64,000 nt of DNA from Omnitrophica WOR_2 bacterium GWF2_43_52 (GCA_001805445.1 MHGF01000034.1:102451-166450); one strand, 5' to 3'; counted from the first letter of the stretch, positions 1-10,066 are shown. Made by a program: numbers and translations. Notes: generated by a model from the letters alone, not told the origin.

Positions 1-541
1 GTATTGACGTTGACGGCTCAGTGAATACAGAATCAATTAATAAGGCCGACTGAGATTTACAGCTTAATTCTATAAGGATATAGTCAATAATAGCCCCTGC
101 CATATCCACAATAACTTCCGGGACCGTTGGCACAAAGGACATGCTGATGAAACTGCTTAATGCCCCTAAGTAGGCGTTAGCAAGGATGATGCCGATTTCT
201 TTAAGCGCGGAGCGTTCGTAATCACCGATGATGCTGTTTTTGGTGACAGCTTTTCCGGTCATTAAGGAAGCAAGGGTAAGAGCGTCTTCCTGTGAAAAAA
301 TAAAAATGATGGTGCTGGGCAGGTCTCCGAGAACCCGTATGACGAGGCCTAAAACAAGGGTGTTTGCCCCTCCAACCACATTAGGCACTTCTTCGGTAGG
401 CAGGAATAAGATGTTCGGGACAGCGATAGTTATTTTTTTTTCTAGTAACTGGGAGAGGGCGGTCGCGGCATTACCGGCGCAGATATTTCCGATTTCTCTT
501 AAGGCATCTTTTTGGAGATCATTTAAGATAATTTCTTCCAT
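1..541 (-). CDS. cheC: Chemotaxis phosphatase CheC, 3' end runs off window
   Basis: Manual translation MEEIILNDLQKDALREIGNICAGNAATALSQLL...SALKEIGIILANAYLGAL shows CheC repeat motifs; lies downstream of cheY. Confidence 0.9.
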   Translation of the reverse strand, partial: MEEIILNDLQKDALREIGNICAGNAATALSQLLEKKITIAVPNILFLPTEEVPNVVGGANTLVLGLVIRVLGDLPSTIIFIFSQEDALTLASLMTGKAVTKNSIIGDYERSALKEIGIILANAYLGALSSFISMSFVPTVPEVIVDMAGAIIDYILIELSCKSQSALLIDSVFTEPSTSI

Positions 542-569
542 TAATGATATAAGATTGATGTCCTTATCG

Positions 570-950
570 TTAGCCCAAAGGCTCCGTCAGAATGCTCTTG
601 ACAACCTCTTTTAGCCGCTGCGGGTTCACCGGTTTGCTTAAGAAATCCCTTGCCCCCAGGCGTATCGCTTCTACCACAATCGGCTGCTGGCTCATTGCCG
701 AGACGATCAGGATTTTTGCCTTAGGGTCAAGCTTCATGATTTCATTGACAGCGCCAATACCGTCTAATTCTTCCATCAGAGGCATGACGATATCCATCGT
801 CACCAGATCAGGCCTGACGGTTTTAAATTTTTCTACCGCCTCTTTGGCATTGGTTGCTTCCGCGCAGATTTCGTGGCCTTCAGCAATTAAAATCTTAGCA
901 AGCATCTGGCGCATAAAGAGCGCATCATCTACAATCATTATTTTCGCCAT
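570..950 (-). CDS. cheY: CheY-like single-domain response regulator
   Basis: IMIVDD, DLVTMDIVMP and KP receiver motifs. Confidence 0.85.
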   Translation of the reverse strand: MAKIMIVDDALFMRQMLAKILIAEGHEICAEATNAKEAVEKFKTVRPDLVTMDIVMPLMEELDGIGAVNEIMKLDPKAKILIVSAMSQQPIVVEAIRLGARDFLSKPVNPQRLKEVVKSILTEPLG

Positions 951-1088
951 ATCATTATCTCCTTAGCATAAAATTATAGGGCACAACAGGATAATGTCAA
1001 GGGAAATTATTGGGTGTATCTGGAAATTATGGCGTCGTTAGGCTTTTCAATAAGCCGTAAAAGCTTTTGCGCATATGGCAAACGGTTT

Positions 1089-2177
1089 TTAAATGTAGCG
1101 CGTAAGATTTTCCACAATCGTTTCGGAGGCGTATGGTAAGGATGCGGTTATCCTGGGGCGTTTAAATTCCGAGTAATGAGAAATAAAATAATCCATCGTT
1201 TTTGCATTAAACCGAGAGAGTACGGCATTCTGCTGAAGGCCTTCATCTCTTTCAGTATGGCAGCGTAAGAGTAGGCAGGGTTTTCCCAGGTAGAACGCTT
1301 CTTCCTGGATGCTGCCGCCATCGGTAAGGACAAACTTACAGCGGTTAAGCAGATGAATGAAGTGTCCATGGGAAAGTATGCGAAAATAAGAGACGTTTTT
1401 TATCGTCTTCAGTTTATTCCATAGGTGAAATTTTTTTAACTGGTTTATGGTAGGCTGGTGCTGCACAAATACTACCGGCAGCGAAGAAGAGATTTTCTCA
1501 AGGGTTTTTATTATTGAAACGAGGCGTTTCCTCGAGAATATATTTTCAATTCGATGAAAGGTAACTAACGCAAAGTCAGCGCAGGGTATGTTTAAATCAA
1601 CCGGTTTCTCAAGGCTTAGAAATGCTGATTCTTTCCCTGTATTTGAGTATACAAGGATAGCTTTCTTTTGGAAGCCCATACGCGCCAAATTAGTGTATGC
1701 CCAATGTGAAGGCGCAAAGAGTACGTCGGAGAATCTCATTGTGATTATTCTGAATAATTCTTCAGGAAATGGCTCATGCCAGCAGAAAGAGCGTAATCCG
1801 GCTTCTATGTGAGCCACTTTTAACCCCGCCCTTTTTGCTAAATAAAGCCCTATGAGCGTTGAAAGGGTATCTCCATGGATAAGACAGACACCCTGCTGGT
1901 TTAAAAAAATTTCTTTTTTTATCCGTGAAGCGGACAAACTTTTAAACACTATTTTGAGTAGCCATTTCCATGCTTCTAGTAAAGAAGCGATATTTGCGCC
2001 TTTTGAGAGAAATACCGCAGGTTCGCTAAGATTAAATTCCTGGCGCAGCTCTTGAGTGATGAGTGAATGTTGTCCTAAGTCAATAAGGTTATAGGGAATG
2101 CCTTTGTGCGTAAGCAGCCTAAGAATGGGAGCCATTTTTATCAATTGGGCTTTGGTGCCGATAGCAATATGGATCAT
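1089..2177 (-). CDS. UDP-N-acetylglucosamine 2-epimerase family protein
   Basis: GTKAQLIKMAP, HGDT, HIEAGLRS, TDGGSIQEEA motifs. Confidence 0.85.
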   Translation of the reverse strand: MIHIAIGTKAQLIKMAPILRLLTHKGIPYNLIDLGQHSLITQELRQEFNLSEPAVFLSKGANIASLLEAWKWLLKIVFKSLSASRIKKEIFLNQQGVCLIHGDTLSTLIGLYLAKRAGLKVAHIEAGLRSFCWHEPFPEELFRIITMRFSDVLFAPSHWAYTNLARMGFQKKAILVYSNTGKESAFLSLEKPVDLNIPCADFALVTFHRIENIFSRKRLVSIIKTLEKISSSLPVVFVQHQPTINQLKKFHLWNKLKTIKNVSYFRILSHGHFIHLLNRCKFVLTDGGSIQEEAFYLGKPCLLLRCHTERDEGLQQNAVLSRFNAKTMDYFISHYSEFKRPRITASLPYASETIVENLTRYI

Positions 2178-3670
2178 GGGTGTATTTCAAACACCCCGCT
2201 TGAGCCTACGCGCTTAAGCAGGGTGAGTTTATCCTTATAACGAGAAAGAAATGGCGAGAGGTACACATACGTTTCTCGGGAAAATTCATCTACAAGCAGA
2301 TATTTCGCGTTATGAATCGTAATATCCTGCCAAATTTCCTCTGGATCAAGGCTAAAGGGATAACAGAGCGCTTGGTGGCCGGTAAAAAAATAAGTAACCG
2401 TGGGTTTACGGGAAATAATGATTCCCTCGCCGGGCAAATGAGCCTTCGCCCAGGTATGCAAAGAGAGAAAATTTGCAAGGGGCAGGGGTAAATTTTTAAG
2501 GGTGTTTTCCTTTGCGGGCAAAAATAAAAGGTTAAGAATGAGAAAGAAGGAATAAAAGCCTAAGGGTAATGGTTTCTTATAAAAGACGGTAAAAATACCC
2601 TTGGCTGCCTCGAAGAAATAATAATAAATGAATGGCAGGATAGGCAAAATAAAACGCGCTCCCTCTTGAAATGGCCACAGAGAGACCATAAGAAAATAGA
2701 ATAAAAAGTAATAATGAAATACGCAAAGTTTATTTTTTCGGAAGCTGCGCCATAAGCCTAAGAATACCATAGCGAAGGAAAATAAAGAAAGCAAACTTTT
2801 GAGCCTATCGCTATTGTGTAAATAAAAAAATAATGAATCTCCAATGAGAGAACAATAGTAATTTATTCCTTGGGTAAGACGCGTGACTATCTGTAGAGGA
2901 TGCCCGAGGATAGTTCCCAAGAAGGGGCGGTAGGGGTCAATGAGAAAAAAATACTTAGAATAGGCGTATGATGGATTAAGCATCCTGCCGGCGATGATCC
3001 ATAGAAGCAAAGGCGTCAAGAACCCGATAGAAATAAAATAAATTTTTTTATAATTTTGTTTTGGATGAAGCAATAATAGTGTTACTATGCCAAAAAATAG
3101 GGTTATTCCTGCATAACGAGTAAAATAGCTTAACCACAAGCCCATGAGAACAGCGATACTTGTTTTACCTATCGCTTTTGCTTTCACGTATTGTGCGGAA
3201 AAAAGCAAGGCGGCACAAGAAACAAAAAGGTATGGAATATCAGATAAAATATATTTTATTGAATAAGAGAGAAAAATAAAATTAGTAGCGAAAACAAGCG
3301 TCACCAAGAAGGCCTCTTTCTTCTCTGTGTATTTTTTTAATAATTGGTATATGAAAAATAAGCTCCCGTATCCTAAAAGGGCTGTTAAAAGCCGTATCAG
3401 ATAAAAATTCCTACCAAAAAAATAGATAATGGGCGACAGCAGGAGAGGAAAAACAGGAGGATAATGATAGGAAAAAGGCTCTTGCGGATAATTAATCGCT
3501 CTATACCCTAATCCTTGAGAGAGTGATTCGGCTAAAATGATATATTGAGCGCTGTCTCCGCCAAGATCAAGGAATTCATTGGATAGGTTTGCCACGCAGA
3601 TATATACGAAGAATAAAGAAAATAATATCCATTTAAATTTAGTCAAAAAAGGCATATATCTATTTTTCAC
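2174..3670 (-). CDS. GT-C membrane glycosyltransferase (ArnT/PMT-like)
   Basis: Many TM helices; GGDSAQY, YPPVFP, SDIPY motifs. Confidence 0.7.
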   Translation of the reverse strand: MKNRYMPFLTKFKWILFSLFFVYICVANLSNEFLDLGGDSAQYIILAESLSQGLGYRAINYPQEPFSYHYPPVFPLLLSPIIYFFGRNFYLIRLLTALLGYGSLFFIYQLLKKYTEKKEAFLVTLVFATNFIFLSYSIKYILSDIPYLFVSCAALLFSAQYVKAKAIGKTSIAVLMGLWLSYFTRYAGITLFFGIVTLLLLHPKQNYKKIYFISIGFLTPLLLWIIAGRMLNPSYAYSKYFFLIDPYRPFLGTILGHPLQIVTRLTQGINYYCSLIGDSLFFYLHNSDRLKSLLSLFSFAMVFLGLWRSFRKNKLCVFHYYFLFYFLMVSLWPFQEGARFILPILPFIYYYFFEAAKGIFTVFYKKPLPLGFYSFFLILNLLFLPAKENTLKNLPLPLANFLSLHTWAKAHLPGEGIIISRKPTVTYFFTGHQALCYPFSLDPEEIWQDITIHNAKYLLVDEFSRETYVYLSPFLSRYKDKLTLLKRVGSSGVFEIHP

Positions 3671-4292
3671 TTTGTACCCAACTATTCATCCCCCATTCAA
3701 AAAAACCATACCGTATCTTATTTTTATCGAAACGCCCATTTCTTAACATGCGGATAATTTCTTGAGGTGTATAAAGTTTTTTATGTTCCTTGATTTCTTC
3801 CCTGCTTATTAAATTCATCGCGGCAAGCATTCTTAAGATGCATCCTGTCCATTTACGCGGAGACGTGATAATCAGCACTCCCTTCCGCTTTAAAATTCTA
3901 TAAATTTCAGAAATAAGCATATCAAGCTTATCAGGCGCTATGTGCTCGGTAACAGCAAGCAGGGTAACTATATCAAAAAAGTTACTGTCAAAAGGCAGGA
4001 ATGGCGATTCTTCAATATTTTGCTCGATGAGAGAGGTATTTGCTAACCGGATATTTATACACTTGTCTATTCCATATTTTTCCCGGAAATCCAAAGAATT
4101 CAAAAAAAGAGGAAAACTCCCGCACCCCAAATCCAGTATTTTACCATTTTGAGCGTTGAGAGGGATAAGCTGTTTTGCTATTTTAATCCTTTGATAAGAT
4201 AAAAATCTTTCCAATAGCCCATATCCTTTGGTAGGTTGAAATGATGCGCGTTTCATAGTTTTTCCCGGCTCCAGAGTTGCCTCCCTTGGCAT
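3660..4292 (-). CDS. Class I SAM-dependent methyltransferase
   Basis: ILDLGCG, LPFDSNFFD, EH motifs. Confidence 0.85.
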   Translation of the reverse strand: MPREATLEPGKTMKRASFQPTKGYGLLERFLSYQRIKIAKQLIPLNAQNGKILDLGCGSFPLFLNSLDFREKYGIDKCINIRLANTSLIEQNIEESPFLPFDSNFFDIVTLLAVTEHIAPDKLDMLISEIYRILKRKGVLIITSPRKWTGCILRMLAAMNLISREEIKEHKKLYTPQEIIRMLRNGRFDKNKIRYGFFEWGMNSWVQSEK

Positions 4293-4435
4293 ACCGTTTT
4301 ATTCCATAAGCTTGAGAAGAGGAGAATTTCTTGGTAAGCATTTTCACATACATCGTGGAGGCAATAGTATGTAAAACAGAGATGATCTTTAAAAATTATT
4401 TCATTGGCGCATCTTTACCAGTAAAAATAATCGGA

Positions 4436-4629
4436 TAGTGCTCCATTAACTTAATTCTTAGTAGTATAGTGAAGTTAACTCCGCACTTCCGCTAGGGGGG
4501 CAAGCCCCCCCCCTCGGCGCTCTCCGCCTACGGCGGATCGCTGAGCACCCCCCAAGCGTGAGGGACGGTCTCCCCCACTCCCCCTTTATTGCACCGTTAA
4601 TATATAAAAATTAATTTAACGGTGCAATA
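4436..4629. mobile_element. TA-ended MITE-like palindromic element, family A; inverted homolog of 17015-17240
   Basis: ~25 bp imperfect terminal inverted repeats (tagtgctccattaacttaattctta / taaaaattaatttaacggtgcaata); internal ccgcctacggcgg hairpin; aligns by eye with the reverse complement of the 17 kb copy. Confidence 0.7.
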
Positions 4630-4643
4630 GTGTTCACCATTAA

Positions 4644-5513
4644 TTATTGCGCTGTCTCTTCTGTCCTATCCATGCGCAGTTGGGCGATTTGTTCCGAGAT
4701 AAGCCCTAACATAAAGATAATAAGCGCCGTGGTAAAGAGCAAAGCGCTCATATTGGTAAAGCGGTGAAAGGCGATGAAGGTGTAAAAATAATAGGCAAGC
4801 CCGATGAGAAAAAAGAAGATGCTTATCGGCAGGAATACCCGAAGCGGCGAAAAAAAGACGGCAACGCGCAGGATAATCATAAAAAACTTTACCCCATCTT
4901 GAACCAGATGAATTTTACTCTTCCCCGCTTTTCGCGCGGCAGAACCAATAGAAACATAGCGAAGAGTCCTGCCTGTTTTCAAAAAGGCAAGTGTTAAAGT
5001 GCTGGGATATGAAAAAGAGTTCGGCAGGAGATAAAGGAATTGTAATGCCTGTTTTCTTTTAACTACCCGAAAGCCGCAGGTTAAATCCTGAATTTTAAAT
5101 AAGCTCACATAGCTGGCGAAGCTATTATAGAATCTGTTAGCAAGGTTACGCCAGGTGAGCTTAGAAAAATCCCGCGCCGCGATTACCATATCAAAGATAT
5201 CCGCGTGTTCAAGCAAGCGGGGAATGTCCTGAGGTACGTGCTGTAAGTCAGCGTCCATAAGCACGACCAGCTCTGCCTTTGCGTTGCGCAATCCGGTTTT
5301 AATGCTTGCGCCGTTACCCATGCGGTAAGGATGTTTAATGACGGCAGCTCCCTGTGAGTGGGCTATTTCGGCGGTTTTATCGCAAGAGCCGTCGCTGACT
5401 ACACAGATACGGCAGGTAGTGCCTACAGTTTCTCGGATGCCTTGTATGAGTTTGGCAATGGTATTCTCTTCGTTGTAGGCAGGGATGATAATTTCAAAAT
5501 TATCGCTAGGCAT
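4644..5513 (-). CDS. GT2 glycosyltransferase (polyprenol-phosphate sugar synthase-like) with C-terminal TM helices
   Basis: IPAYNEE, DGSCD, MDADLQH, DLTCGFR motifs. Confidence 0.85.
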   Translation of the reverse strand: MPSDNFEIIIPAYNEENTIAKLIQGIRETVGTTCRICVVSDGSCDKTAEIAHSQGAAVIKHPYRMGNGASIKTGLRNAKAELVVLMDADLQHVPQDIPRLLEHADIFDMVIAARDFSKLTWRNLANRFYNSFASYVSLFKIQDLTCGFRVVKRKQALQFLYLLPNSFSYPSTLTLAFLKTGRTLRYVSIGSAARKAGKSKIHLVQDGVKFFMIILRVAVFFSPLRVFLPISIFFFLIGLAYYFYTFIAFHRFTNMSALLFTTALIIFMLGLISEQIAQLRMDRTEETAQ

Positions 5514-5660
5514 AGTTTGTGAGCTTAATCTAAGGAGCTAATTAGCTAAAGAGCTAAACAGCCACAGTTAACATATAGTTTTACAGCGCAATAGTATATT
5601 TATCTTAGCAAAAATCTGAAAAAAAACTACTCTTTTTCCAAGAAAGTATGTATAATAGCG

Positions 5661-5695
5661 TAATTAGTTACCACTGAAAAAGCGGTAACTAATTA
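5661..5695. repeat. Short palindrome matching the termini of family B elements
   Basis: taattagttaccactgaaaaagcggtaactaatta matches the ends of 17905-18059. Confidence 0.55.
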
Positions 5696-5761
5696 AAGCT
5701 GATACATGGCCATTCTATGAACCCCTGGAAAAGCAACACATAGCTTTTACAAAAGATTGTT

Positions 5762-6727
5762 ATGCCACAAGAAGAAAGAAAGATAAAAATTTACATTATT
5801 TCCGAGGATTCTTATATCCAGGATTATGCTGTTTTGATGCTCGTAGGAGAAAATTACGATGTCAAGTTTTATAACAAACAGAGTGACGCCTTGGCTGTTT
5901 TAGAAAAGGATAGCCCGGATTTAATTATTTCGGATTTTAAATCCGAGAATATAAACGGGTTAGAACTCTGTAAGGTAGTAAGAAAAATACCTCTTCTTTC
6001 GCATCTGCCGCTTATTTTTTTGCTGGAGCCCGGCGGGCCGGAGCAGTTAAACAAGGCAAAGCTCGTCTACGCGGGCGCCGACGATTATATACAAAAGTCG
6101 GTTTTAGAAGAAGAGCTTATCTTAAGGGTAAAACTGAATTTATACCGGCTTAGCCGCCAGCAGGATATGAATCCTTTAAGCCGCCTGCCCGGGCAGGCAA
6201 GCCTGATGAAGGAATTAAAAAGGCATATAGAGGCTAAAAATAAGATAGCGGTTTGCCGCGTGGATTTATTTCAATTTAAGCAGTACACTCATCGTTATGG
6301 ATTTAGAAAAGGCGATGAGGCAATTAAATACACCGGCGCGCTTATCCTTAAAGTATTGCGGGAATTAGGAAGCTCTTCCGATTTTCTGGCCCATCCCGAC
6401 GGGGATAATTTTTTCTTTATTACCGTCGCGGAAGCGGCTGACGTGATTGCCGAGCGGATTATCGCTGAGTTTGAATCAGGCATAGGGGCGTTTTATGATG
6501 ATAATGACCGCACGCAAGGAGCCATTACTTTTAAAGACCGTAAAGGCGAGGTGCAAAAATTTCCTCTGCTACGCATACACCTTGGCGTTGTTACCAATGA
6601 ACACTACCCTTTTATTGACCCTACCCAGGTGATTCAGATAGCTACCGAACTTAAAGACTTTGCTCAAAGTAACTTTGAGAAGAGCATGTTTGTTAAAGAG
6701 CGCCGTAAAGAATGGCCCTTTTCGTAA
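5762..6727 (+). CDS. Response regulator with degenerate GGDEF domain
   Basis: Receiver (PDLIISD); NPLSRLPG, DLFQFK..RYGFRKGD; HPDGDNF in place of GGD(E)F. Confidence 0.8.
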   Translation: MPQEERKIKIYIISEDSYIQDYAVLMLVGENYDVKFYNKQSDALAVLEKDSPDLIISDFKSENINGLELCKVVRKIPLLSHLPLIFLLEPGGPEQLNKAKLVYAGADDYIQKSVLEEELILRVKLNLYRLSRQQDMNPLSRLPGQASLMKELKRHIEAKNKIAVCRVDLFQFKQYTHRYGFRKGDEAIKYTGALILKVLRELGSSSDFLAHPDGDNFFFITVAEAADVIAERIIAEFESGIGAFYDDNDRTQGAITFKDRKGEVQKFPLLRIHLGVVTNEHYPFIDPTQVIQIATELKDFAQSNFEKSMFVKERRKEWPFS

Positions 6728-6741
6728 AATAAGCTTTTCTG

Positions 6742-8820
6742 TTATTTCTTCAGTTCCTCATTTTTTTCCAAGCCGATAATTTTCAAAAAACTTTCATCCA
6801 CCGGATAACCCAGAGAAAGTGCTTTTTGGGCATATTCTCTGGCTAAGGCCATTTGCGGCGGCTCCATTGAGGCATAGAGCACTGCTAAATCATTATGGGC
6901 CTTCTCGAAGTCAGGAGCTAAAAGAACGGTTTTTTTTAGTTCATACAGTGCCCGCGAATCATATTTTTTTGCATAGAGCAAACCTAAATAATAATGGGCA
7001 TCCACAAAGTTTGCTTGCAGGCGAGTTGCTTGTTCATACGCCTTAATCGCGCTGTTAACTTCTCCTGTCTCTTCAAGGATACGCCCTAATCCAAAGTACG
7101 CAGCGTAACTATCAGGGTCGGCGCTTATGGCTTTTTGGAAATATTTCTTTGCTTGAGAGAATTGTTTTCTCCCTGTATATAACAGCCCCAAATTATAGAG
7201 TATCCCTGAGGCTTGTGGATTTATCTGCAACCCCTTCTCCCATATCTCTTGTGCCTTTTTTTCATTTTTCATATCCCAGTAGATAACCCCGATGCTTTGG
7301 AATGTGCCAAAATCGTAAGAGCCACCAGAAATATTTTTATTAATTTCATCTAACGCTTCCCTAAATTTTTTTTCTAACCTATACACATTTGCTAAGTTCT
7401 CCCGTGTTTGTTTTATAAGCCGATTAGCATACGGTGGTGCCACAGAAAGCGCTTTTTTCAATTCGTCTTCTGCTTCGTGATAAAGTCCTTTATGAATATA
7501 CGCTATTCCCAGGTTATGATGGGCAAGGGCTGACCTTGAGTCAAATTCCAAGGCTTTTTTCCAAAACGTAAACTCATTTCCATAGTCATTATTCCTGAAC
7601 ACTACCAGGGTTGTACAAATGCTTAAAATTCCCGCGGCTACTATAATAAAATGGCGTTTACGTTGTACGTAGAGGTTCCTGAGCAAAACTGCTAAAATCA
7701 AGTATATTCCAAAGCTTGGCAGATAAAAATGGTGTTCTGCGGCAACAACATTCAAAAACCCATAATATTTCGGAAGAAGGCAGATAAGGTACCATCCTAA
7801 CCCGATGCTTATAAGAGGGCGTGTTTTTCTTAAAGTAAAAGTAAGAAGAGCCAGCATAAGTATGGCGATGATTGAAAAAAACGCTAAAGGTTGTAAGAGG
7901 GTGTGTAAAATCGGAAAAGCGTGGTGTATTGTTAAAGGCGATGGCCAGAGAAATAGCTTGAGGTAAAATACAGTAACCGCGGCCTGGGTTAAGATGTTTG
8001 CCCATGGGCTGCGAATGGGGTTTGCGGAAAAGAACGGAACCATCTGGTGCGCCTGTTGACCGGAAACAATACCATGGTATATCCAATAGAAAATGCTAAT
8101 GCCAATTAAAAAAAGGTAAAAAAAGAAGAGCCTTCTTTTGTCATTGCGTGGTATCTCTATTTCTTGTTGAAAAATGAGATAGTGGAAGAAGAAAAGTAAA
8201 AGCGGAAATACCAATGCTGTTTCTTTTGTGAGAATGCCCATCAGGTACAGAACGCTCGCAACGAAAAATGATTTCCTGAAATAGCAGATAACGCCGGCAA
8301 GGATAAAGAAGGAAACCATTAAATCTGATCGGCTTGAGATATAGCAGACTGCTTCGGTGTTAATGGGATGGGCAAGGAATAAAAGCGTTGTTATAAAGAT
8401 TAAACCAAAAGGCAAGTGGTTGCTAGGCTTGCTAGCAGATTGGTTTTTTGGGGCTCTGACAAAAGCAATGCCTGAAGAGCCCAAAAGCGTGAGAAGGCTG
8501 TAAAACAAAATTCCGTTAAGGAAATGGAATAAAAGATTAATGATATGATAACCGAAAACCTTAAGCCCGCTAAAAAAATAATTGAAACTAAAGGTGATCA
8601 ATAGTAAAGGGCGAAACATCCCTTTTGGAATATCGGTTTCTGAGGTGTAGTGTCCGGTAAAAAACAATGGTATATGGCGCAGATGCTTTATATAAAGATT
8701 GTTAACAATGCTATGGGCATCGTCAAATATAAAAATACCCCAGAGGGAATTGAAATACAGGGTAAGGCAGAAAACACTAAAAACAAATACAATCAGTATA
8801 TTCTGCTTATGTTGTTTCAT
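6742..8820 (-). CDS. TMTC-like membrane protein with TPR repeats (putative protein O-glycosyltransferase)
   Basis: FIFDD, FRPL, HPINTEAVCYISSR, KET, AEHHFYLPS, followed by TPRs. Confidence 0.8.
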   Translation of the reverse strand: MKQHKQNILIVFVFSVFCLTLYFNSLWGIFIFDDAHSIVNNLYIKHLRHIPLFFTGHYTSETDIPKGMFRPLLLITFSFNYFFSGLKVFGYHIINLLFHFLNGILFYSLLTLLGSSGIAFVRAPKNQSASKPSNHLPFGLIFITTLLFLAHPINTEAVCYISSRSDLMVSFFILAGVICYFRKSFFVASVLYLMGILTKETALVFPLLLFFFHYLIFQQEIEIPRNDKRRLFFFYLFLIGISIFYWIYHGIVSGQQAHQMVPFFSANPIRSPWANILTQAAVTVFYLKLFLWPSPLTIHHAFPILHTLLQPLAFFSIIAILMLALLTFTLRKTRPLISIGLGWYLICLLPKYYGFLNVVAAEHHFYLPSFGIYLILAVLLRNLYVQRKRHFIIVAAGILSICTTLVVFRNNDYGNEFTFWKKALEFDSRSALAHHNLGIAYIHKGLYHEAEDELKKALSVAPPYANRLIKQTRENLANVYRLEKKFREALDEINKNISGGSYDFGTFQSIGVIYWDMKNEKKAQEIWEKGLQINPQASGILYNLGLLYTGRKQFSQAKKYFQKAISADPDSYAAYFGLGRILEETGEVNSAIKAYEQATRLQANFVDAHYYLGLLYAKKYDSRALYELKKTVLLAPDFEKAHNDLAVLYASMEPPQMALAREYAQKALSLGYPVDESFLKIIGLEKNEELKK

Positions 8821-8848
8821 AAGTAGGTAGGTGTCAATTTTTACGTTC

Positions 8849-8896
8849 TATAAAAAAAGCATCCTTTAGTGTAATACTAAAGGATGCTTTTTTTAT
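8849..8896. terminator. Intrinsic terminator downstream of pilin
   Basis: aaaaaaagcatcctttagt-gtaat-actaaaggatgcttttttt hairpin with A/T tails. Confidence 0.8.
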
Positions 8897-8909
8897 AACC
8901 ACAGAACGT

Positions 8910-9290
8910 TTACGGATGCGTGTGGTCTGGAAGTGTTCCGGTTGTATTAATGAAGTTGTTAGAATAAATAGTACTGCCGCCAGTTAGAGGACAATTTGGC
9001 AATGCATTTCCTGACAAGAAACAGTTGAGGAAATCCGTATTGGTTAAAGTGCCAGGAAATCCGCTTGTTGCTTCTCCTGCTGTCCATGACGGACTAACTG
9101 CGGTCTTGGCATAGTACGCAGAGAGTGCTCCGCGTATTGCCCCTGTATTACCATTGCAGGCAGCCTGCTGAGCATCTCTTCTTAGATTCGCGAACCTCGG
9201 AAGAGCGACTGCCGCTAAAATACCAATAATGACAATTACCATAACTAATTCAATGAGCGTAAAACCTTGTTCTTTTCTCATTTTTGTCAC
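8910..9290 (-). CDS. Type IV pilin-like protein
   Basis: GFTLIELVMVIVIIGILAAVALP prepilin motif; strong SD (aaggaggtg). Confidence 0.9.
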   Translation of the reverse strand: MTKMRKEQGFTLIELVMVIVIIGILAAVALPRFANLRRDAQQAACNGNTGAIRGALSAYYAKTAVSPSWTAGEATSGFPGTLTNTDFLNCFLSGNALPNCPLTGGSTIYSNNFINTTGTLPDHTHP

Positions 9291-9524
9291 CTCCTTTCAT
9301 TTTTCTACCATCTTTTTTTTATCCTGTCAAGCTTTTTTATAGGATAAAAACAAAAAAACCTATTCTAACCTTCAGCCGCGAGGCGGCTTCCTTTACCTTT
9401 GGTAAAGGCGTAGAATAGGCCGAGTGTTTTAGTGTAACCGTACTATAATGAAACCTATGATAACGGTTACTAGCGATTCTGTGAGAGCAAATAGTGTGGC
9501 CTGCTTCCTCACTCTTTACAGAAG

Positions 9525-9680
9525 TCGTACTGGCAACTGGCTGCCTCGCTACCGTTTCTTTCGGTAACGGGCCCTGTTAGCTTTGCGGCGAGAGACATTT
9601 ATGAATGTATAATGAAAACGTCTTTTGCCGGGTTTGGTTCACCCGTCCCATCCTTACGAATGGTTTGCCCTTTTCAGTTT
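9525..9680 (-). promoter_or_regulatory. c-di-GMP-I (GEMM) riboswitch variant with a 58-nt insertion
   Basis: Minus strand reads gggcaaaccattcgtaaggatgggac-[58 nt]-gcaaagctaacagggccc...ggcagccagttgcc, in the pilin leader. Confidence 0.75.
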
Positions 9681-9738
9681 TCAAATTCCTTACTTCTGTC
9701 AGTAAGGAAGCAATGTTACTACCTGTCGTACTAGTTAA

Positions 9739-9766
9739 AGTATACCACAGAATAGGGAAATTTCAA
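9739..9766 (-). promoter_or_regulatory. sigma70 promoter for the riboswitch-pilin transcript
   Basis: TTGAAA-N16-TATACT with extended -10 TG. Confidence 0.6.
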
Positions 9767-9769
9767 GGG

Positions 9770-9912
9770 TAACTAATACAAACGCAGTAAATCTTGTTAC
9801 AATGTCATTGCGAGCGAACGAAGTGAGCGAAGCAATCTCGTCAAGATTGCTTCGTCAGTCGCTTTGCTCCTTTCTCGCAAGGACACATTAATTAATGCGT
9901 TTGTATTAGTTA
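9770..9912. mobile_element. TA-ended palindromic element with nested RPE/REP-like core
   Basis: TIR taactaatacaaacgca / tgcgtttgtattagtta enclosing gtcattgcgagcgaacgaagtgagcgaagcaatc...gattgcttcgtc...ctcgcaaggac. Confidence 0.7.
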
Positions 9913-10066
9913 GTTATCATAGGCCAGAGAAAATGGATCCCTGCCTACCGGCCCTTGGCTTCGCCGAGAGGCGAGCAGGCAGGGGCCCATTTTCCCCCAT
10001 TCTTTTTTGGAAAGCTTGACACTTTACCACATCAACTGACGCATTACTTTCCATGATGAATTTTTC

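Noticed and set aside
5762-6727. Hypr-type cGAMP synthase paired with the riboswitch
   Set aside because: The specificity Asp (KGD) is not Ser/Thr, the catalytic motif is degenerate, and the aptamer has G at the discriminating position
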